Assembly: GCA_963674705.1 (NCBI GenBank)
Contig: OY771506.1
Location: 3,136,001 to 3,200,000, forward strand
Direction of reading: 5' to 3'
DNA: 64,000 bases
DNA from: Phycisphaeraceae bacterium
GTDB lineage: Bacteria; Planctomycetota; Phycisphaerae; Phycisphaerales; Phycisphaeraceae
The translations under genes were made by a program, and so were the position numbers. Within the stretch, counting starts at the first letter, position 1. Each line of letters starts with the position of its first letter. The notes under the pieces were generated by a model. The model had not been told where the DNA came from and did not search any database. It saw nothing but the letters and a program-made list of their open reading frames with translations. Below are positions 57,441-64,000 of this stretch, one piece after another.

Positions 57441-58820
57441 ATGCCCGACCTGTGGGAGCAAACCCGTCAAAAGCATCTCGTCGCCGCCCAGCCGTTGGCG
57501 GTTCGGATGCGTCCGCGCAGTTTAAAAGAATTTTCCGGCCAGCAACATTTTCTGGGTGAGGGCAAATTGTTGCGACGGATGCTTCAGGCCGACAGACTAA
57601 CCAGTGTCATCTTTTACGGCCCGCCGGGGACGGGCAAAACCACGCTCGCGGAATTGATCGCCGCTTATACCAAACGCCACTTCGATCGTGCGAACGCGGC
57701 CGCGATCGGCGTCAAGGACGTACGCGAGGTTCTGAATCACGCCAGACGCCGGCTGGAAGCGGACGGCAAACGCACGATCTTTTTCCTGGATGAAATCCAC
57801 CGGTTTAACCGTGCACAACAGGATGTTCTTCTGGGGGACGTCGAACGCGGCATCATTACCTTGATCGGAGCGACGACGGAGAACCCTTTCTTCGCGATCA
57901 ACTCGCCGCTGGTAAGCCGGTCCCAGGTTTTTCAGTTTAAGCCGCTGGATGAGGAGGCGGTAGGGGAGTTGGTCCGTAACGCGCTGAATGATGAAGAGCG
58001 AGGTTACGGCAAGTTGAACATCACGATCGACGACGACGCCATCGCGCATTGGGCGATCGCCTGCGATGGGGATGCCCGTCGTGCGCTGACGGCGCTGGAG
58101 ATCGCGGTGTTGTCGTCTGCCCCCCAAACTGATGGGCCCGACCAGCAGGCGGCCATCCATATCGATCTGGAAGTGGCCGAGCAATCGATCCAGCAGAAGG
58201 CCCCGGTCTATGATGGCACGGGGGACGAGCATTACGACGCGATCTCGGCGTTTATCAAGTCGATGCGAGGCAGCGACCCGGATGCGGCGCTGTACTGGCT
58301 GGCGAAGATGCTGCATGCGGGGGAAGACCCCATGTTCATCGCCCGGCGGATCGCGATCCTGGCAAGCGAAGATGTGGGCAACGCCGATCCGCAAGCGATT
58401 CAGGTAGCCGCCGCGGCGTACGAGATCACCCACCGGGTGGGATTGCCTGAGTGCCAACTCACCCTGGCTCAGGCGGTTACCTATCTGGCGACCGCCCCGA
58501 AGAGCAACGCAGTGACCCTGGCGATTGGGGCAGCCATGGAGGATGTGCGTAACAACCGGACCGTCCCCGTACCTATGGCCCTGCGCGACGGGCATTACAA
58601 GGGCGCCAAGCAGCTCGGGCACGGCCAAGGCTACCAGTATGCCCACAACAGCGAGACCGGCTTTGTGGACCAGGACTACCTCGGCGTTGAGAAGTCCTAC
58701 TACCAGCCGCGGGAGCGGGGGTATGAGCGGACGATCCTGAAGTACATGCAGTGGATCGACTCACAGCGTGTCAAGCCACGGCTGCCCGGCAAGAACGACC
58801 AGCAGCCGTCCGAGGATTGA
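57441..58820 (+). CDS. rarA: Replication-associated recombination protein A (MgsA)
   Basis: PLAVRMRP, GPPGTGKTT, DEIHRFN, GATTENP, SAFIKSMRGSDPDAA, SEDVGNADP, APKSN. Confidence 0.96.
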   Translation: MPDLWEQTRQKHLVAAQPLAVRMRPRSLKEFSGQQHFLGEGKLLRRMLQADRLTSVIFYGPPGTGKTTLAELIAAYTKRHFDRANAAAIGVKDVREVLNHARRRLEADGKRTIFFLDEIHRFNRAQQDVLLGDVERGIITLIGATTENPFFAINSPLVSRSQVFQFKPLDEEAVGELVRNALNDEERGYGKLNITIDDDAIAHWAIACDGDARRALTALEIAVLSSAPQTDGPDQQAAIHIDLEVAEQSIQQKAPVYDGTGDEHYDAISAFIKSMRGSDPDAALYWLAKMLHAGEDPMFIARRIAILASEDVGNADPQAIQVAAAAYEITHRVGLPECQLTLAQAVTYLATAPKSNAVTLAIGAAMEDVRNNRTVPVPMALRDGHYKGAKQLGHGQGYQYAHNSETGFVDQDYLGVEKSYYQPRERGYERTILKYMQWIDSQRVKPRLPGKNDQQPSED

Positions 58821-58980
58821 TACGCATATCGCCTGCTCGCCTGTTCCCCTGCTCTACCAACTCACACCTGCCAGTTTGGCGTAACAAAGCCTATCCTGCC
58901 GATGTAGATAGGGGGGATTGCGCCCTCAAAGCTGTATGCTGGCCTGAAACAGGCCTATAGTCGACAAGGAGGTCACTCTT

Positions 58981-60198
58981 ATGGTGCTCAGTTCACAAAC
59001 ACCCCGCGCAGGCATGTCCAGGATGTACATGTCCTCCAGGCGGAAGTCCGGTGCAAAGTGGGGCTGGTTGTTTTTGATCGGTGTGGCATTGGTGTCATTG
59101 TGGATGTTTGGCGTCTTCTCGGGCGGTGATTCCGGGGCAGGCACGGAACAAGGGGGGATAAGCCCGGCCAGTGCCAACGCCGATCCGGGCGCGTCAGGTG
59201 GGATGGCTCTGGATCCAGCCGAAGCCGACTCGCGCCGCCCCCAATCCGTAAATGAACTACCGCCTGCCAGCAGCAATCCGACGCAAGCCTCAGAGCCAGT
59301 CACGTTGACTATCGGTGTGGGAGAAACCCGCAACGCCACGACCACAACTTCTCAACCGCCAAGACAGTCGGTTGCTTCCCCGAACACGTCGGATCAATCC
59401 AACCGGTCGACGACACGCACTTCAAGCAACGCCGGCACCGAACTGAATCGCGGCATGAACCTGATCCGTGAAGGCCGGCTCGTTCAAGGCCGGCGCGTTC
59501 TAAGCCAACTGCTGACCGCTGATAGCGGGAGCCTCTCGGCGCTCGATGCCCAGACGGTTCGCGACACGTTAGCCAGCGTCAACAAGCAACTGGTCTTTTC
59601 CGATGAAGTGCTGCCCGGCGATCCGCTGGCCGAGTCCTACGTCGTGCAACGCGGTGACTACCTTTCGCGGATCGCGCCGAAGTATGGCGTTCCTTATCAG
59701 TTCATCGAGTTGATCAACAACACCCCGGCCGAACGGCTTCAGGCCGGCAAGGCGATCAAGCTGATCAATGGGCCTTTTAATTTACGTATCAGTAAACGTG
59801 ACTTCCGGATGGATGTTTATGTCAATGATAAAGACGGCACGCCGTTGTATATCCGAAGCTTCACTGTAGGTCTTGGTGAAGCGGATTCCACACCGATGGG
59901 ATCATTCGTTATTGCACCCGGTTCGAAGGTGGAAAATCCTTCTTGGCGCAACCCACGCACGGGTGAATTTTTCGGGCGTGACGATCCGAAGAATCCGATC
60001 GGTGAATACTGGCTTGCATTAAAAGGAACCGACCCGCAGTCTGAATCGCTTAGTGGTTACGGCATTCACGGCACGATCGATCCGGACTCCATCGGACGCG
60101 AAGCCTCGATGGGATGTGTCCGTATGAGCGACAAGGATATTAAACTTATTTACAATATGCTTGAGCCCGGCAAGAGCACCGTGCAGATCACCTGGTGA
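58981..60198 (+). CDS. LysM-domain L,D-transpeptidase
   Basis: TM anchor, low-complexity linker, YVVQRGDYLSRIA (LysM), YGIHGT...SIG..ASMGCVRM (YkuD). Confidence 0.92.
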   Translation: MVLSSQTPRAGMSRMYMSSRRKSGAKWGWLFLIGVALVSLWMFGVFSGGDSGAGTEQGGISPASANADPGASGGMALDPAEADSRRPQSVNELPPASSNPTQASEPVTLTIGVGETRNATTTTSQPPRQSVASPNTSDQSNRSTTRTSSNAGTELNRGMNLIREGRLVQGRRVLSQLLTADSGSLSALDAQTVRDTLASVNKQLVFSDEVLPGDPLAESYVVQRGDYLSRIAPKYGVPYQFIELINNTPAERLQAGKAIKLINGPFNLRISKRDFRMDVYVNDKDGTPLYIRSFTVGLGEADSTPMGSFVIAPGSKVENPSWRNPRTGEFFGRDDPKNPIGEYWLALKGTDPQSESLSGYGIHGTIDPDSIGREASMGCVRMSDKDIKLIYNMLEPGKSTVQITW

Positions 60199-60352
60199 TG
60201 AGGTTGTCGCCGACATTAGATCAAGAGCTATGGTGATTATAAAAATGTCAGGCTGGTTAAACTGGGTTATTTAAGGCCGTTAATCCTGATTACTCAGTAG
60301 TTTCCGGTCGGCGAAAAGAGGCTAAAAACAGCAAGAAATTGCCCGCAAACGG

Positions 60353-60381
60353 TTGCTTTACGGCACCGCAGGTTATATATT
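60353..60381 (+). promoter_or_regulatory. Sigma70-type promoter
   Basis: TTGCTT-17 bp-TATATT. Confidence 0.65.
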
Positions 60382-60387
60382 AATAAT

Positions 60388-60672
60388 GCAGATCGCGGAG
60401 GGTGAACGGAGGAGGAGAAACCACCGCCCACCTTAGCCGAGAGTGTCGTGTCTGAAAAGACACGTTTATTTTCGTGCTATCGCTGACTGCTGCACCACTG
60501 CTTGGAGGGGAATCCGTATGGTAGTGGTGTATTCACACGGCCCAAAACCGTGTGCAACAGGATTCCGTGATACAAGAGCCTGGGTATCTAAGCCCGAGGT
60601 TCGTATCCCGAAATAAGCTTTCTCCCCTCCGTGGTGACCGGGCGCGATGCATCGCCCCGGCCGCCTTTTTTT
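60388..60672 (+). ncRNA. Candidate large structured ncRNA of unknown family
   Basis: Promoter, nested long-range stems, four hairpins, possible pseudoknot and terminator. No long ORF. Confidence 0.65.
60633..60672 (+). terminator. Rho-independent terminator
   Basis: GGTGACCGGGCGCGAT-gc-ATCGCCCCGGCCGCC followed by T7. Confidence 0.85.
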
Positions 60673-60785
60673 ATGCGCCGACCACACTCATTCCCGAAGC
60701 GCTTTGTTGATGTAGGTATATACCCTTAGGTGCGCAATAGGTGCATATTTGGATTTGTGGAAATAACAACAATTCAACGGCAAGC

Positions 60786-61535
60786 TTAATCGCCCATCAG
60801 CACAAGTTCGTTTCGGATCGCCCGCAGCACCTGCAGCTGCTCAGACGACCACGCGGTTGGGGATGGCGTTGGGGATGGCTCATCATCATACCTGTCGTCA
60901 CCTAAGCCGGCGGATTTGGTCGCTTTGAGTTTGACCATGATCCGGTCACGCAACGCCCAGGCGTCGGCGACGCCCTCGACACGTCCCTGATTGAGCGCGG
61001 CTTGTGATTGGTCCTGGCCGCCACCCGAGCCGGCGGTTTCTACGATCAGGTCAGCGATACCGAAGTGGCGTTGGAGCGGGCCCTGGACGACCTTGACGTT
61101 CTGAACGTTTTCAAACGTGAAAGTCATTTCGTGGATGATCCAGATGCCCCGGCGGATACGCAGGCTGCGGTCACTCATCACGTACCACGTCGTGTCGTAC
61201 TTCAGATGAACCGCGACATAGGCGACGATGTCCGGCAAGACAGCCAAGGCCAACGCCGGTATCGCCAGCAGTATGCCCGCCACTGGCACCGCTATGGTTA
61301 ACACCAGCCAGCCGATGAAGATCGCGATGTCAATAATGAGTAGCCCGATCCAGAACCAGAGCTTCAGATACTTCAAAAAACCTATTGCGGGTTTGAACGC
61401 GTCCGGTTCTTCCCCGGGCTCGGTCGGCAGGGTGGGGGGCGTTTGAGGCACACGGAACCAGTTGGACAGAATCTGCCAGGTCCCGGTGTACAAAAACTCC
61501 GCCGCACGTTCGGTCTGTTTTTCAAGCGCTGCCAT
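60786..61535 (-). CDS. Bacterial PH-domain (bPH_2) membrane protein
   Basis: Two TM segments, then IRRGIW...E.T..F.NVQNV.V.QGPLQR.FGI..L.VETAG. Confidence 0.85.
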   Translation of the reverse strand: MAALEKQTERAAEFLYTGTWQILSNWFRVPQTPPTLPTEPGEEPDAFKPAIGFLKYLKLWFWIGLLIIDIAIFIGWLVLTIAVPVAGILLAIPALALAVLPDIVAYVAVHLKYDTTWYVMSDRSLRIRRGIWIIHEMTFTFENVQNVKVVQGPLQRHFGIADLIVETAGSGGGQDQSQAALNQGRVEGVADAWALRDRIMVKLKATKSAGLGDDRYDDEPSPTPSPTAWSSEQLQVLRAIRNELVLMGD

Positions 61536-62088
61536 CGGTCACCTCCCCACTTTGACGTTGTGACCGCATGGCTTTGACCTGCACCAGGATTTCACGCAAC
61601 AGTTCAAGTGCTTCATCCCGGCCGGATTCGGCATGTTGTTCGGTTGTGGTTTCAGATTCAGCGGATTGTTCTGCGGTGGTTACCCCTCGGCTGCCGCGCA
61701 TTTTTGCATAGAGGTAATCCCGCAGGCCCTGCGGGTCGCCGATGCCTTCGATCGCCATCTGTGCGCCGGATGAACCCGATGCGGTCTGCACCGAAACCGT
61801 CGCCAGGCCAAGCTGGCGTTGTATAATGCCGCGGGAAACATGGATGTCCTGGATACGCCGATATGTCAGGAATATCTCCCGTCTGAACAGCACGCCCCAC
61901 GACATGGTGATGCCATCATCATCGAACTTGTATCGCAGTGTGTGGTATCTGAAGATCAACGGCAGGATGAAAAAGGGAAAACCAACGACCGTTAACAGCG
62001 AGACAATGATGTAGTAATTCAACAATGCCCGGACCGGTCGGGTGGTTGTCTTTGGATCGAATGGTTGGGTGGGTGTATCCCTGGACAT
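61522..62088 (-). CDS. Bacterial PH-domain (bPH_2) membrane protein
   Basis: WGVLFRRE....Y.RIQDI....GIIQR.LGL..V.VQTASG. GGAGG RBS, overlaps the partner gene. Confidence 0.85.
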   Translation of the reverse strand: MSRDTPTQPFDPKTTTRPVRALLNYYIIVSLLTVVGFPFFILPLIFRYHTLRYKFDDDGITMSWGVLFRREIFLTYRRIQDIHVSRGIIQRQLGLATVSVQTASGSSGAQMAIEGIGDPQGLRDYLYAKMRGSRGVTTAEQSAESETTTEQHAESGRDEALELLREILVQVKAMRSQRQSGEVTDGSA

Positions 62089-62220
62089 GATGGTAGACCT
62101 CCAGCGGGATGAGCCTGTCAAAAGGGCCCATTGTATGGATAGTCGCCCCATGCGGGAAAAGATCGCACGTGGGATCATTATTTTCGAGCAATCAAGAGCT
62201 GATCCGACTGAATCGGCGCC

Positions 62221-63033
62221 TTATTCGATCGCCCTTTTGCGGTTCTGTGTCGGTAGCATCTTGGGGATGCCAAGGACGTCGGGCCAATAGGTCAGTTCGA
62301 CCGCTTCGAGGACTTCTGGATCGAGTCGGCCTCTCTGCGGCTGAGCACCGATCTCGGCGACTTTCGGCACAACGGCAAGCGATCGGACGCCGGTGAGTTT
62401 TTCAAGCCAGATGCGGTTGCCTGCGATCGAAGGGTCGTCCGCCTTGGCAGGATCGGGGATATACCCATTAATCACCAGGCCCGCCACTTTGCAGCCGGCC
62501 TGTTTGAGCAGTGCTACCGTCATCGCGGTATGGTTGAGCGTGCCCAATCCCGCACGGGCAACCACCACCACCGGGTAACCGATCGCCACGATCAGGTTCA
62601 GGACCGTGACTCTCGGGCGTAGAGGATCCAGCGGCACCATCAGCCCGCCGACGCCTTCCATCAGCACGGCATCGGAAGTCTGCTCCAGGAGATTGATACT
62701 GCGGGATAGTGTTTGCCAATCGATTGCTTCACCCGCTTCCTCGGCCGCCATCGACGGGGCAAGGGGCGCTGTGAAGCGGATCGGATTGATAACGTTTAAC
62801 GGTTGCTTGCAGTTAGCGAAGTGTGCCAGTGCTTCGGCATCCTCACTGACCAAACCTTCCCGGTCTTTGCGGCAGCCCGAGGCGAAGGGTTTACTGATAC
62901 CCAGGTTGATCCCGGGCAGTTGCCGGCGCAATGCCGCGGCAATCGCGCAACTGACCACTGTTTTGCCGACTTCCGTGTCGGTACCTGTGATGAACAGCCC
63001 CGGTGTCGATCTGTTTTCGGTTAATACCAGCAT
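62221..63033 (-). CDS. bioD: Dethiobiotin synthase
   Basis: FITGTDTEVGKT, KPFASG, EGVGG, LGTLNHT. Confidence 0.95.
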   Translation of the reverse strand: MLVLTENRSTPGLFITGTDTEVGKTVVSCAIAAALRRQLPGINLGISKPFASGCRKDREGLVSEDAEALAHFANCKQPLNVINPIRFTAPLAPSMAAEEAGEAIDWQTLSRSINLLEQTSDAVLMEGVGGLMVPLDPLRPRVTVLNLIVAIGYPVVVVARAGLGTLNHTAMTVALLKQAGCKVAGLVINGYIPDPAKADDPSIAGNRIWLEKLTGVRSLAVVPKVAEIGAQPQRGRLDPEVLEAVELTYWPDVLGIPKMLPTQNRKRAIE

Positions 63034-63079
63034 CCAAGCATGATAGCTCAGAGCCGGTAGATAATCTCAGTTGATACGT

Positions 63080-63334
63080 TCACAGTTCGCCAAGCTGTTC
63101 TTTCAAGAGGCCCAGTTTGCCTTGCTGGCGACGGTTTGACCAAAGCGATTCGACCAGCGTGTAGATGACATCGAGTGTCTTCTCGTAGGAGGTGTTTTCC
63201 GCCCGCTCCATCAGTTCGGCGGTCCTGCGTACTAGCCGCCAGGCGATGTCCTCGCTGAGACGATCCGCCAGGAAAAGAGTGCGTGCGCGTTCCAGGCGGG
63301 TTTGCAGTGCCAGTATGTCGGATTCATGTATCAC
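63080..63334 (-). CDS. Small helical hypothetical protein
   Basis: 84-aa ORF with host-like codon usage. GTG start uncertain. Confidence 0.6.
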   Translation of the reverse strand: MIHESDILALQTRLERARTLFLADRLSEDIAWRLVRRTAELMERAENTSYEKTLDVIYTLVESLWSNRRQQGKLGLLKEQLGEL

Positions 63335-63637
63335 TGGTTACCCTGATATCGATTGGCAATGTTGATGACTATATCCGTCCTGTAATTGGACGATCCACAT
63401 TGTCCGTCCGCCATGATAAACCCAAATGCTGAATGATGTGATTGAGGTTTGTGTGGATCAGGATGAATAAACGGATCGTAACGTTTGTAGCGGTTGTAAC
63501 GATTAGTGATTCGTAAGGCCGATAACGCTCGGGCTTATCGCACCGTGTCTGATGCTTGTCTTCCGATCAGGCATATTGCCGATCTTCTTGAGGATGCATG
63601 AACCCCCACGGGAGTCCCTTAAACAAGGAACCGCAAG

Positions 63638-63880
63638 ATGATTGAACAACGCGATGTCGATGAACTGCTGGCTGAACTGGAAGCAATGCGGGTCTCCCTG
63701 ATCCGTGACCGTGAAGCGATCAAGCCGAAGCTTGAAGAGTTGGTCAACAAGGCCGGCATGATGCGTGAGAGGGCCGCTGGCGGCAAATACGAGGCCTCGG
63801 TCAACAGCGTACACGGCCTGCTCGAATCGCTGAGCGCCGGCGTCCGCGCCCAGGAGAAGCTCAACCGGGCCGCTGCCTGA
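63638..63880 (+). CDS. Small helical hypothetical protein
   Basis: AAGGA RBS, 80 aa, host-like codon usage, ends NRAAA. Confidence 0.7.
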   Translation: MIEQRDVDELLAELEAMRVSLIRDREAIKPKLEELVNKAGMMRERAAGGKYEASVNSVHGLLESLSAGVRAQEKLNRAAA

Positions 63881-64000
63881 TTACCGATTGATCCAAACGC
63901 GGGTAAACACCCCGTAGATCCCACAAGTGAAACCACACGGCGTCGAGGGATCGCTGCGTGGTTTTTCCATGCGCTGGGCGGGTATTGTTGAGAGTGTCTG

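Noticed and set aside
60388..60672. tmRNA, RNase P RNA, SRP RNA, tRNA or cobalamin riboswitch identity for the structured RNA
   Set aside because: No GAGGAAAGTCC, no SRP GGAA-loop motif and no acceptor stem or CCA. GGTTCGTATCCC lacks a full T-stem, and there is no downstream gene on the + strand.
1..64000. CRISPR array, prophage, retron or other defence system
   Set aside because: No regularly spaced repeat-spacer array, and no cas, reverse transcriptase, integrase or phage structural genes were recognised.

Overview
High-GC bacterial chromosome segment, most likely from a planctomycete of the class Phycisphaerae. This is inferred from the C..CGYDLR zinc-ribbon membrane proteins, frequent C-terminal AA tails and gene content; it was not verified by search. 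The window is mostly housekeeping: rne (truncated at the left edge), ptsI, metK, fumC, mnmG, zwf-pgl, phoH, aroK, hemA, a sirC-like gene, rarA and bioD. It also holds a GntR/SSS/ROK sugar locus next to a peptidoglycan amidase, a polysaccharide export and regulation module, two tandem SLC13 permeases split by a nested mobile element, and a collapsed chemoreceptor pseudogene. I saw no tRNA, rRNA, CRISPR array, phage or defence genes. The most notable signals are non-coding. (1) A promoter- and terminator-bounded, highly structured ~285-nt RNA candidate at ~60388-60672. (2) A second sRNA or small-peptide unit at ~51969-52136. (3) A leader dense in CsrA-type GGA motifs inside the polysaccharide cluster. 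(4) Many REP/MITE/heptamer repeat families, some in-frame inside mnmG or supplying gene starts and stops. (5) An IS inside a REP inside a MITE. All product calls come from motif recognition by eye.
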